NCBI GenBank assembly: GCA_951406725.2
Contig: OX597822.1
Coordinates: 90,272,001 to 90,336,000, forward strand
Direction: 5' to 3'
Length of the DNA: 64,000 nt
DNA from: Octopus vulgaris
Taxonomy: Eukaryota
Positions 36,375 through 48,291 of this stretch are shown here, in pieces. Each line of letters opens with the position of its first letter. The first letter of the stretch is position 1. Both the position numbers and the translations under genes were made by a program. The notes beneath the pieces are model-generated. The model saw only the letters and a list, made by a program, of their open reading frames with translations, had not been told where the DNA came from and made no database searches.

Positions 36375-38234
36375 TTAGTATTCCTGGCCCAGGGTGTTTA
36401 AACTTGGTCTAAATTTTTTTATGAAATATAGTTCTTTATTTTGGCGTTGTGTGAAGGTTGCGTTGTCACTGAATTTATAGAGCGGGTTAGTTGTAAATTT
36501 CGGATTTACATTTCCAGCACATCTATCTATGTGTCCGCTGACCGGTATTTTGCGGTAATCAGGGTTTCTAATTTGTGATTTATGCACCGCCATCCTGTTA
36601 CGTAAGCTATTTTTTGTATGGCCTATATACTGCCTATTGCAGCCTGCGCATGTTATGACGTAAATTAAGTTTTCTGATGCGCAGGTGAAGTTTGTTCTAA
36701 TGGTGAACTGGTGGCCTTGTTCCAGTATAAATTCTGATCCTTCTTTCAAGATGACACAGATTCCGCAGTTGGGCCTTCCACATTTTCTAACTGCTGGTTT
36801 TGTGGTTGATGTTGAGTGCAGTGTAGCTTTGGTTAAAATCCTTTTCAAGGATTTTGGTTGCCGTTTACTTTTAATGATGGTGTGTGTTTCGAGGATCCGG
36901 TTCATCTTTGGGTCTCCCTTTAGTAGGGCTGTGCTTTGTAGTATGGTGTTGAAGGCCTCATTGTTGAGTGGGTTGTGTGTAGAAATGTAGGGAAGGGTTT
37001 TTAATTGTTCTTTCTTTTTTGGTTTTGTTTGTCTCAGGTCTTCTATACTTAATTTAAGTACCCGTTGGATTGCACTGTCTATTAGGGGCTGTGGATAGTT
37101 TCTATTTGTGAGTGTGGTTCTAAGTTCCTGGAGACGTGTGTGTCGGGTGTTTGTGTCTGATATTATGGTGCAAATCCTTCTAGCTAAACAAAAAGGGACA
37201 TTCATTCTAGTGTGTCGTGGGTGGCATGAATCAAAGGGTAGGTACTGTTTAGAGTCTGTCGGTTTATAGTAGATATCTGTCTCTATTTTGTTGCCGGTTT
37301 TCTTAATGAGGATGTCTAAAAATGGTAATTCTTTTTCGTTGTGGTCCATCGTGAATTGTATATTGTCATTTATTCCATTTAATAGTATTTTAAATTCCTC
37401 AAGTTTCTCTATACCTTTGTCCCAGATGATGAAACAGTCATCGAGGTATCTTTTCCAGTTGTTATGGATATAGGTGGCGAAGGTGTTTCCATATTTCTCA
37501 AGTGTCATCCGGTATAGTATTTTCTCGAGGTATCCCATCACTAGGTTGGCAAAAGATGGTGCAGTACGCGTGCCCATCGCTGTTCCCGATCTTTGCCTGT
37601 AGAAATCATGGTCAAAAATAAAATAATTGTTCTCTAAAATGAATCTAAGTCCTTCTATTATAAGGTCTTTGTTTATGCGAGTTGGGAGTTCAAAGGGGTA
37701 GTTATTCAGCCAGAAGGTGATCGCTTCTATTCCTAGGTTGTGAGGGATGTTAGAATAAAGATTAACTACGTCGAATGATACTAGAAGGGTTTTCTCATTG
37801 ACTGTTTTAGGGAGGTGGTTGAGCATATCTATATCGTCTCTTACGTAGCTTTTGATGTGTTTTAGGAAAGGTTTAAGAAGTGTGTCTAAGAAATTGTTGA
37901 GGCGGTGAGTTTCACATGCTGGTCCTGCTATTATCGGTCTTAGTTTAAGATCATTTGGTGAAGGGATTTTGATGAGTGTGTCGGTGGATGTTTTGCACGT
38001 TTCTCTAATGGTTTGGCTTTTGTGTACCTTAGGGATACCATAGAACAAACTCGATTTGCATTTGAAGTTAGTGATGTATTCATACTCCTTGTTCGTGAGT
38101 CCTTCTTGGTATGTGTTGATTAATGTCCTAAGGTTATGCATTATTTTTTGCTGGTTATACTGTTGGGCCCTTTCATAATACGTTTCATCTCTTAATAGGG
38201 ATAGCACTAAATTTTTATAATTGTTTGTATTCAT
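36375..38234 (-). CDS. PLE reverse transcriptase - GIY-YIG endonuclease (619-aa open segment)
   Basis: FYGIPKVHK, LRPIIA, LVSFDVVNLYSNIP, GTAMGTRTAPSFANL, RYLDD, LPFLD, Cys linker KCGRPNCGIC, and NLIYVITC..C..QYIGHT..LRNRMAVH. Confidence 0.95.
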   Translation of the reverse strand: MNTNNYKNLVLSLLRDETYYERAQQYNQQKIMHNLRTLINTYQEGLTNKEYEYITNFKCKSSLFYGIPKVHKSQTIRETCKTSTDTLIKIPSPNDLKLRPIIAGPACETHRLNNFLDTLLKPFLKHIKSYVRDDIDMLNHLPKTVNEKTLLVSFDVVNLYSNIPHNLGIEAITFWLNNYPFELPTRINKDLIIEGLRFILENNYFIFDHDFYRQRSGTAMGTRTAPSFANLVMGYLEKILYRMTLEKYGNTFATYIHNNWKRYLDDCFIIWDKGIEKLEEFKILLNGINDNIQFTMDHNEKELPFLDILIKKTGNKIETDIYYKPTDSKQYLPFDSCHPRHTRMNVPFCLARRICTIISDTNTRHTRLQELRTTLTNRNYPQPLIDSAIQRVLKLSIEDLRQTKPKKKEQLKTLPYISTHNPLNNEAFNTILQSTALLKGDPKMNRILETHTIIKSKRQPKSLKRILTKATLHSTSTTKPAVRKCGRPNCGICVILKEGSEFILEQGHQFTIRTNFTCASENLIYVITCAGCNRQYIGHTKNSLRNRMAVHKSQIRNPDYRKIPVSGHIDRCAGNVNPKFTTNPLYKFSDNATFTQRQNKELYFIKKFRPSLNTLGQEY

Positions 38235-38290
38235 TATTACTATCGCGTTGCCCTTATCTGCCTCCTTAATTGTTATTGTTTTGTCTTCTC

Positions 38291-38671
38291 TTAGTTTGAT
38301 GAGGTCGTTCCATTCTCTTTTGTTGAAGTTAGGGCTGTGTTTTTGTTTCTTGATGAATTGAAACGGAAATTAGTTATGTAGTCACAATAGCGGTCTAAGG
38401 CTTTATTCTTACCTTTGGTGGGGGTGTAATTGCTCTTGTTTCTAGCTATTGAGTCTTCCTCTATTTGTTTGTCTTGAAATGCCTCGGTGAGTCTTAGTTT
38501 TCTGCAAAATTCCGAAATATCATCTTTCATTTCATAGTAATTAGAACGTTGTGGGGTGGGTGTAAATTTAAGTCCTTTGGAGAGTATGCTTATTTCGTTA
38601 GGTGTAAGTTCTTTGTTTGAGAGATTGATTATCTTAATTACCTGAGGTTTCTTTTGTTTGTCCTTTGCCAT
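38291..38671 (-). pseudogene. N-terminal part of the same PLE ORF, separated by one frameshift
   Basis: IINLSNKELTPNEISILSKGLKFTPTP is the conserved PLE N-terminal motif. A frame switch near 38340 gives ...KTITIKEADKGNAIVI, which continues into MNTNNYK. Confidence 0.88.
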
Positions 38672-39138
38672 CGTGTGTCCCTGTTCCTGTGTGTGGGGTC
38701 TAAAAAATGGTTGGTGTAGTTATGTTCAAAGCTATTATTTATCTGTCTCATGTTGTTATAATTGTCAGAGTGAGTTTGTGGTGCTCTGTTCTGGAGTCTG
38801 TTGTTGAACCTAGTGTTCTGTCTTAGTTCCTCAGGTATATTGTGTTGGTAGTTGTTTCCTCCGTAGTGCATTTGTTGTTTGTTATGGTTGTATGGTTGGT
38901 TCCTGGGGTGGATGTTTGGTAGTAGCGTTTTGGTTTGGTTATGTGGGTTGTATTTTATAGTATTGTATGTTGTGGCTCTTAGGTTCGTGGAATGGTGTGG
39001 TGGGACCCTATAAGTGTTTTGGGGTTGGTGTAGGTAGTGTGGGGTGCGTTTTAAATGCATTTTTCTGGTGTAGAGTGTGTTTGGATTTCTTGGTGGTTGT
39101 TCTGCTCTGTTGGTATGTCTATTTTATATATATATATT

Positions 39139-39493
39139 TCATCATCATCATCATCATCATTTAACATCTGTTTTCCACGGCTAGCATGAGTTGGACGGTT
39201 CAACCGGGGTCTGGAAGCCATGGAGGCTGCATCAGGCTCTATTCTGATCTGGCAGTGTTTCTACAGCTGGATGCCTTTCCTAATGCCAACCACTCTGTGA
39301 GTGTAGTGGGTGTTTTTTACATGCCAGAGTAGGCTGGCAAACGGCCACGATTGGTTGGTGCTTTTTACGTGTCACCGATACGAATGCCAGTCAGGCGGCA
39401 CTGGCATCTGCCACATTCGGATGGTGTTTTTTACATGTCACCGGCACGGATGTCTTAACTACAATTTCCATTTGAATTTTTATTTTGATGTTG

Positions 39494-39500
<7 letters not shown>
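39139..39500 (-). mobile_element. RTE 3'-tail element at the 5' truncation of the PLE
   Basis: (cat)n family. Confidence 0.8.
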
Positions 39501-39542
<42 letters not shown>

Positions 39543-40089
39543 ACACATGTATATACATATATGTATGTGTGTGTGTGTGACATATTACCCACCAGTTGAC
39601 AACAGGGGTTGGTGTCCTCTATAACTTAGCAGTTGTGTAAGAGAGACTGACAGCATAAGTAACAGGCCTAAAAGAAAAATAAGTACAAATGCTGGTTTCT
39701 TCAACTAAAATTCTTCAAGGTGGTGCTCCAGCATGACCACAGTTGCATAGCTGCACTCTTACAACTTAATGAAGTAAAAGATATATAAAAAAGAATATGT
39801 ATTTTATTTGATATATATATATATATATATAATATAGGGGCAGGAGTGGTTGTATGGTAAGTAACTTGCTTACCAACCACATGGTTCTTACGACTAAACG
39901 AAGTAAAAGATATATAAAAACATATATAAATTTTATGGAGATGTACATGCATAGCAAGTGACCTTTTGCACAATTGCAGTGTGGATTAAATGTTGAAGTA
40001 AATCTAACGGTTTTTGTGTTTCTTAAATGGCTTATAAACACCTTCCATGCTGCAATTGTTATATATATTTTATTTAATATATATCTATA

Positions 40090-40134
<45 letters not shown>

Positions 40135-40512
40135 GATGCACGAGTGGCTGTGTGGTAAGTAGCTTGCTTACTAACCACATGGTTCCGGGTTCAGTCCCAC
40201 TGCGTGGCACCTTGGGCAAGTGTCTTCTACTATAGCCTTGGGTCGACCAAAGCTTTGTGAGTGGATTTGGTAGACGGAAACTGAAAGAAGCCTGTCATAT
40301 ATATGTATATATATGTGTTTGTCCCACCAACATCACTTGACAACTGGTGCTGGTGTGTTTACGTCCCCGTAACTTAGTGGTTCGGCAAAAGAGACCGATA
40401 GAATAAGTACTAGGCTTACAAAGAATAAGTCCTGGGTTCGATTTCCTTGACTAAAGGCGGTGCTCCAGCATGGCCGCAGTCAAATGACTGAAACGAGTAA
40501 AAGAGTAAAGAG
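40135..40512 (+). mobile_element. Full-length OR1-like CORE SINE
   Basis: A-box gtggctgtgtggta, B-box GGTTCAGTCCC, CORE-like caccttgggcaagtgtctt and tail (aaagagt)n. Confidence 0.9.
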
Positions 40513-40527
40513 TATATATTTTACATA

Positions 40528-41355
40528 CGTGGTCTGATCAATAAGTATCCAGACTGTTGCCTTAGAAATGAAGCTAAAGCACACAGAGTGAAGCCACTTG
40601 GCACAGATTGACCTTGAGCTCAGCTGTGCATGTGCACCAAGTTTTAACATTCTCTCTCACTTTTGCTGTTTACAGCAGTGCTTGGAAGGAAGGTGTGTAG
40701 CGTATGATCGTCGCATTGACCATGATAGAGAAAGTTGAGCAGAGAATCTGCATCAAATTTTGCCAAAAATTTGGTGATACCTGTTCAGAGGTCTACACAA
40801 AGTTTTCTTCATTCTTGTGCAACTGAAACCTGAATGTCTTTTTGGTCAGCTGAAAGCAGTTTTGGTACAAACTTGGCAGACTCGTGTCTCATACCCAAAT
40901 CTGCAGTGATAATTGATTGAACCATAACTAATCTGCACATCCTCTGATAACTCACGGATGGGGATTTGCTGAAATTACCATCACAGCTTTGTGCACACTT
41001 GCAATGCTTTTCTCAGTTCTGCTGGTTGTGGATCCACCAGAATGTTCGTCAATCTCAACATTTTTTTCAGCATGTGTGGCTCATACACTCCTCTCCATGC
41101 ACTTTCTGCAACTTTGCGTAGGCCTATGAGCAGGTATCACCATGACAACTTTCTCTGTCATGGTTAATGTGACAATCACACACTACACACCTTCCCTCCA
41201 AGTACTGCTGTAAATAGTGGAAGTGAACTAGAATGTTAAAACTTAGTGGGCATGCACAGCAGAGTTCAAGGTCAATCTGTGTCAAGTGGCTTCACACTGT
41301 GTAATTTAGCTTCGTTACTATGGCAACAGTCCGGATACTTATTGATCAAACCTCG
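40528..41355. mobile_element. Mariner-derived non-autonomous element with long TIRs
   Basis: TA|CGTGGTCTGATCAATAAGTATCC...GGATACTTATTGATCAAACCTCG termini, arms of about 210 bp, and internal MIEKVEQRICIKFC (mariner N-terminus). Confidence 0.9.
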
Positions 41356-41749
41356 TGTATATATATTTCATATATAGAAGAGGATTAAGGAAATGGAAGT
41401 ATAGCTTTTAATAAAAATTTATTATCTGCAAAAATCCAACATTCTTACAGCTGTTTCAATTAAGCCTAAAGATTAAAATGACAATTATTAAATCATTGTA
41501 GTAGGCAAAATCTCATCAGTGGGGTAGAAAGAAGATATACTATTAGGTTATTAGGTTATTAATCATCTCAGCAGTCTGAATATTATTTTATACTAAAATA
41601 CTATCTCCATTTTTTTAATCTTCTTTTAAATGATCATAAGCCATGATCTATTATTTTATGAATATTATTGATCATAACAAATATTTGGTAATGACTCAGT
41701 AATTCATTGTATATTTTAACCTCCATTTGAACCTATTTCACATACATAT

Positions 41750-42135
41750 TCTTTTATTCTTTTACTTGCTTCAGTCAGTTGTCTGCGGGTCATGCTGGAG
41801 CACCCTCTTAAAGGGTTTTAGTTGAACAGATTGACCCCCCAAGACTTTTTTTAAGCTTAGTACTTATTCTATCAGTCTCTTTTGCTGAACTGTTAAGTTA
41901 CAGGGATGTAAATGCACCAACACCAGTTATCAAGTGATATGGGGCTGGACAAACAAAGACACACACATACGACAGGATTCTTTCAGTTTCCATCTACCAA
42001 ATCTTCTCACAAGGCTTTTGGTCAGCCTGAGGCTATAGTAGAAGATGCTTGCCCATGGTGCCATGCAGTGGGACTGAACCTGGAACCATGAAGTTAGGAA
42101 GCAAGCTTCTTACCACACAGCCATGCCTGTACCTA
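41750..42135 (-). mobile_element. OR1-like CORE SINE
   Basis: Reverse complement of the family consensus. Confidence 0.85.
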
Positions 42136-43029
42136 TATATAAATATATATATATATATCAAAGAAAATACGAAAATGGAGATATAGCATTTAATAAAAAT
42201 TTATTATCTGCAAAAATCAAACATAGTCCCTTCCAGCTATTTTAATTGGGTGTTGCTAATCCTGTTAATAATCCTATGGCCATTTCTGGGGGCTTGAACT
42301 CTTAACTCTTCTTATGACTTTGTTTTATAATCTGTAAGTCAACCTATATATGTATTTATTTTTTACATATATTTTTAATGAATATATCTATTTATTTATA
42401 TATTTTGATTTCATCATCATCATCATCATCATCATCATATGTATTTTGATATGTATATTTTTAATATGTTTGATATATTGAATATACTTTCTGAGAAATT
42501 CATACATGGTGGGTCTATGGCTGAATGAACATAACTTTATATGTGAACTTGATTTGCCTAACTTTGATTCTTACTTCTGCTTTATTCTAATGCTCCAGGT
42601 TTAACATTCTGAGCACTTCAAAGTGAAGTTTATGCATTGGAGGAAATAGTTTTCCTAATAATCATACACACACATGTGCGCGCGAGCGTGTGCGCACATT
42701 ATATGTATATATATATTATATATATGATATATATATCATCATCAGCCTTTAATATCTGTTTCCCATGCTGGCATGGGTTGCATGATATGACCGGAGCAGG
42801 AGAGCTGCACAAGATTCCAGTTTGATTTGGCTTGGTTTCTATGGCTGGATGCTCTTCCTAACACCAACCACTTTACAATGTGTGCTGGGTGCTTTTGACT
42901 TGGCACCGCACAAGTGCTTTTACCTGGCACCAGCATGAGTATGTAAAATATATACTCTTTTACCTGGCACCAGCATGAGTGCTTTTTTCTAACAGAATAT
43001 ATTTAATTAATGATATATATATATATATA

Positions 43030-44080
43030 AATAAAAAGAGTGAAAAAACTACAGAAGGCTTGTGTTATAAGGTTAAAGAATATATTTAAGTCGTTATGTT
43101 AGAAAAATGTTATAAAATTTTGTGTATAGTAACATAGTTTTTGTAGAAATTACCGGTTTCATATATACTTTTAAAAGTTCTAAAATTTCTTTACCTACAT
43201 CGTGTCATGTTTGTGTTGGTGTTCCAATAGCACATTGATAGAATGGAAAGATTAAATATTGTGGTAGTAGTTGCTTTGCACATTTTTGTCCCTCTTTGAA
43301 GACGAATTCTGATCCTTCTAGAAGTTTTGGGGATGTTGCACAGTTTGGTCTACCACATTTTTTAACTTTTGCATCCGTTATTTCAGTAAACAATTTTGCC
43401 TTTGTGAGGACCTTTTTTAGTGAGGATCAGAATTCCTCTTCAAAGAGGGACAAAAATTCAAGATCAAATCTAATTTTATTTGTGCTTCAGAAAACATAGT
43501 TTATGTCATAAGATGCTCGAGCTGCCACCAAAACTACGTAGGGTCCATGGGATTATCACTCAGGAGCACATGCACTCTGCATCGACAATAGATTGCATTC
43601 CCAGAATACAGAATGATACCCTTTAGTGAACATATTGAGAAATGCGCAAAGCAACTACTACCACAATTTTCAATCATTCCATTCTATCAATGTGCTATTG
43701 GAACACCAACACAAATTAGATTAAACAAGGAAACATTCTTCATTGAAAAATATAAACCAAAACTTAACCATTCTAACATTTTTATACAAGGAAACGCATC
43801 TCATTGAAAAAAATAAAAAAATTTAAAGCGATTATCTCCCTTATACCGGAAGAAATCCCTGATTACCTTCCCCTACCTGGAACTCTTCACTTCATAAGGA
43901 AGACATGACACGATGTGGGTAAAGAAATTTGAGAAATTTGAAAAGAATATACAAAACCGGTTATTTCTCCAAAAACTATGTTACTATACACAAAATTTTC
44001 TAACATTTTTCTAACATAACGAATTAAATTTGACCTTATAACACAAGCCTTTTGTAGTTTTTTTACTCTTTTTTATTCTT
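43030..44080. mobile_element. Penelope-like 3' fragment in inverted arrangement
   Basis: GIY-YIG remnants on both strands (KKCGRPNCAT; IPFSEHIEKCAKQLLPQF.I.PFYQC). 43030-43207 is the reverse complement of about 43905-44077. Confidence 0.85.
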
Positions 44081-44134
44081 TATACATCCAACCACGTGCT
44101 TTCACACACCAACTCTCTCACCTATATATATATA

Positions 44135-44570
44135 TAGGGCTATACAGCGGTGGTGTACCCCCTACTGTCACGTTCTTGTTAGATTGACAGTATACAACCA
44201 TTCTATCACCCCACCACCGTACATGTCTCTACGAGAGATTTAGAAATTCAATATTTCTTATTTTGATAATCAGTGAATAGACTTCACTGAATTATAGATA
44301 TATACAATTGCGAAGTCGGGACAAATATCACCAGCTGACCGGTGTCTGCTACTCTAGGCCGATGAAGGACAACGATCCTGAAACACGTGTCCCTAGATGC
44401 AGCTTCGGCAGCCGGGGGTGTTTGTCTCCCTTTCATAAATGTATATAAGGACACAGGGAAAAATGTGTCAAAGCCATCAGGAGGCGTTCGATGCTTCCTA
44501 GGGCTATACAGCGGTGGTGTACTCCCTACTGTCACGTTCTTGTTAGATTGACAGTATACAACCATTCTAT
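44135..44570 (+). mobile_element. Retrozyme-like / PLE pLTR unit: 364-bp monomer with 72-bp terminal direct repeat
   Basis: 44135-44206 equals 44499-44570 with 1 mismatch. Flanked by (TA)n and contains a hammerhead motif. Confidence 0.75.
44353..44397 (+). ncRNA. Type I hammerhead ribozyme motif (minimal, palindromic helix III)
   Basis: Helix I tctagg/cctaga, core CCGATGA, helix II agga/tcct, then GAAAC-acgt-GTC cleavage triplet. Confidence 0.8.
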
Positions 44571-45057
44571 ATATATATATATAAGGATAAGATCATTATT
44601 TAAATATCGATCTTATCAAGTGGCCAGCATGGGAATAAAAACCTTTAAAGGTAATAATTATTATTTAAAATCATAATTTAGGGTATCTAAGAGATACCAC
44701 CACACTGGAAATAGCAGCCAAAACTTGACTCTAAAACCACATTAAATGTTCATACAACACCAGGAGAGAAGACAAATAATTATTACCTTTGAAGGTTTTT
44801 ATTCCCATGTTGGCCACATGATAAGATCGATATTTGAATAACGATCTTATCCTTATTTATATAAATTTATATATTTATTTCATCATTATATTCACTGTGG
44901 TGATATTTTTGATCATATCGCACGAGGAGTTTTAGGCAGGCAATTTAATCTGGTCATGTGCATACGTGTATGTATGTATACGTATGTATACGTTCATATA
45001 TGTAAGTATTCATATGTTATATATATATATATTTGTATTTATGTTCTATCTGTGTAT

Positions 45058-45115
45058 ATTCCACTGATGAGGCAAAACATTTCTTATGCAGAGCCAGAAA
45101 TCTGGGGTCTGGAAT
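45058..45115 (+). ncRNA. Type I hammerhead ribozyme motif
   Basis: Helix I attcca/tggaat, CTGATGA, helix II ggc/gcc, then GAAA...GTC. Confidence 0.7.
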
Positions 45116-45559
45116 TATCCAGTAATTTTTTGCTAGTTTATTTTGTCTTTTTGCCTTCTCTCCTGGTGCTGTATAAACATTTAATGTAGTTTTAGAGTCA
45201 AGTTTTGGCTGCTATTTCCAGCGTGGTGGTATTGCTTAGATACCCTAAATTATAATTTTATACATATTTATATATATTTATATGTATATAAATGTAGTTA
45301 AGCTCCAGGTTCGGTGATTATGCAAATGAGGAGTCCAACATAGGACATATATTAACATGCATATATATGAAAACAAAATGAGATAAAAATTCAAGGCTGT
45401 GAAAGATTTCAGAACATTTATAAAGTGAAGGTCTTACAGCTATTTCCGGGATATTTTATATATCCCTTCATTGGAGATGGTACAAGAAAAAGGTTAAGCA
45501 ATAGTTATTCTAGAGAAGATATGAAATAGAGAGTGAAGAGGAGGAATGAAAACAGCATC

Positions 45560-45607
45560 GTCTCCGATGAAGGGATAAATAAAATATCTCAGAAACAGCT
45601 GTAAGAC
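45560..45607 (+). ncRNA. Type I hammerhead ribozyme motif, with an inverted sister copy at about 45431-45478
   Basis: Helix I gtct/agac, CCGATGA, helix II gggata/tatctc, then GAAAC-agct-GTA. Confidence 0.7.
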
Positions 45608-45894
45608 CTTCTCTTTATAAATGTTCTGAAATCTTTCACAGCCTTGGTTTTCTTTCTCATTCTGTTAATTTATATATATATATATATATATAGTTGGAAT
45701 TTACAGAAAAACAAAAGATGAAGACAGGTGTATAAATAACAAACAGGTGTATTAGTTTAACACTCAGGAAGTTGAGAAAGTCTTTTATGTTTCAAGCCTA
45801 CACACTTCAACAGAAAGGAACACAAGGAAATAAACAGAGAGGATAATAAAACTTTAGTGGCTAGCAGTCAATCATGGCACCTGATATATATAAA

Positions 45895-46230
45895 TAGGAG
45901 TGGCTGTGTGGTAAGTAGCTTGCTTACCAACCACATGGTTCTGGGTTCAGTCCCACTGCATGGCACCTTGGGCAAGTGTCTTCTCCTATAGCCTTGGGCC
46001 AACCAAAGACGTCATATATATGTGTGTGTTTGTGTGTCTGTGTTTGTCCCCCAACCATCATTTGACAACCGATGTTGGTGTGTTCACAGCCCCATAACTT
46101 AGCAGTTCTGCAAAACGGACCAATAGGTTAAGTACTAGGCTTACAAGCAATAAGTCCTGGGGTCATTTTGTTTGACTAAAGGTGGTGCTCCATCATGGAC
46201 ACAGTCAAATGACTGAAATAAATAAAAGAA
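45895..46230 (+). mobile_element. OR1-like CORE SINE
   Basis: Family match with an internal deletion. Confidence 0.85.
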
Positions 46231-46244
46231 TATATATATAATAT

Positions 46245-46800
46245 GATGTGGTGTGCAAGAAAGACGACTGCACTGGTATGGTTATGTGATGCATATAGAT
46301 GAGGACAGCTGTATAAGTAAGTGCTGATTTCCAACTGTGGAGAGAACCTGTGGTAGAGGTAGACCCAGGAAGACATGGGACAAGGTGGTGAAGCATGATC
46401 TTTGAACTTTGAGCCTCTCAGAGGCAATGACTGGTGACCGAGACCTTTGGTGATGTGCTGTGCTTAATAGGGCCTGTCAAGCCAAGTGCACTCATGGAAG
46501 CAAAATGGCTGAGTTCCTTTTGAGTGTTGGGCCTCATGGAGGCAATGATCAAGACCTTCATTGCTATGTCATGCTTGAGAAGAAGACCCATGAAGCTGAG
46601 CAAAATTGCAGTCATGGCAGATACCAGTGTCATGCAAAAATGGCACCCATGCCTGTGGAACATAAACGCACACATTGCACTCTTAGAGTGGTTGTTGTTA
46701 GGAAGGGCATCCAGCTGTAGAAAACCATGCCAAATCAGACTGGAGTCTGGTGCAGCTTTCCAGCATGGACAACTGACATTAAATGATGATGATGATGATA
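46245..46800 (+). mobile_element. RTE LINE 3' end
   Basis: TCGRGRPRKTW remnant and (gat)n tail. Confidence 0.85.
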
Positions 46801-46943
46801 TGTGTGTGATATTATATATATAAATATTGTATAAAAGATATATATATATATGATATGTAATATATTATGTATATATTACATATCATATATATATATATAT
46901 ATAATGTATCACACATATATATATATATATATGATATGTAATG

Positions 46944-46980
<37 letters not shown>

Positions 46981-46984
<4 letters not shown>

Positions 46985-48291
46985 GATGAGAAAAAAGTAA
47001 GAACTTGAAATTCATCACAATATTTTTCAACAATGTGGAAATTTTATTCATCAAAGTAAGTACCATTACAATCAACACATTTTTGCCGAGTTACAAGTTT
47101 GTTTATTCCAGTAACATAAAAATCTGGAGTTCTGGAGCTGACAAACTCTTTGAATGCACTTTCAGCATCGGTTTGATTTTTGAACTCCTCTCGCAGGAAA
47201 CCATCAAGGTGCTTGAAAAAGTGGTAGTTGGTAGGAGAAAGGTCTGGGTAATAAGCTGGATGGGAAAGAACTTTGTAGTCAAGTTCCCTCAACTTCTGGA
47301 GCATCATTAGTGAAATGTGTGGTCGAGCATTGTTATGAAGAATGATTGGCTCTCTTCTGTTGACCAGTCTGGGATGGGGGAGTTGCAGTTTTTTGTTCAT
47401 TTTGGCAATTTCATGGCAATATGTTTCTGCAGTAAAGGTTTTTCTGGGTTTTAAGAAGTTATAGTGGATGAGTCCAGCAGTACACCACCAAACAGTCACC
47501 ATAACCATCTTTTTAAAGAGCTTGGGTTTAGGGAAGGTTTTCAGTACTTCATTTTGGTCCAACCACTGTGAAGAATGTTTTTTTATTATCATACAGAATC
47601 CACTTTTCATTGCAAATTTCAACATGGTTGAGAAATGGATCGGTCTGGTTATGGGGAAGAAGCAATGAGGAAATTTCATAGCTCATTTTCTGATTTTCAT
47701 TCAAATCATGTGGTACCCATCCATGTGGTACCCATCCATTGAGCTTTTTTGATTTTGTGATCGCATGCAAATGATTGCAAGCAGTTTTCTGGATAACTTG
47801 AAGTTCTTTTGCCAGTTCTCGGGTGTTTTTTACATCGATCTTTCTTAAAGATGGTCTTTAATTGATGTGGATCTTTCAGAAAGACGGCCTTTAATTGACC
47901 GTCATCACTGACAGATGAGCGTCCACTACACTCACAATCTTCAAGGCTCAGGTCTCCACTGTGAAATCGTTTAAACCATTTTCAAGCTGACTACTCACTG
48001 ATCATTTTCTCACCAAACATTTCTTTGATATCACAAGCAGTTTCAACTGCTTATGCACCTCTATGAAGTTAAATAGCAAAATTACTCAAATATCGCACTT
48101 TGACAGTTCCAATTCGGATGACTGTAACAACAGGCAAAAGAATATCAATGTTAAGTTATTGATGCATTTGGCAAGTCTATGTTTGTATTATCAAACAATT
48201 ACAAGACAATGTTTAAAAATATTCAAAACTCTGCAAAAATCCAGTACCAATTCTACATGGTTCAAAATGTTGCTTACTTTTTACTCAACAC
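46981..48291 (-). mobile_element. Full-length decayed mariner element
   Basis: WVPHDL, CNEKW, HNNARPH and YPDLSPTNYHFFKHLD motifs. TIR-like ends tcaggatgagaaaaaagtaagaac / gttgcttactttttactcaacac; about 1.3 kb. Confidence 0.9.

Larger units (their letters stand above)
35330..39115 (-). mobile_element. Penelope-like retroelement (Neptune-type), near full length
   Basis: Long RT + GIY-YIG ORF, upstream in-register pieces, 3' non-coding region with tandem repeats and a decayed hammerhead motif. Confidence 0.92.
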
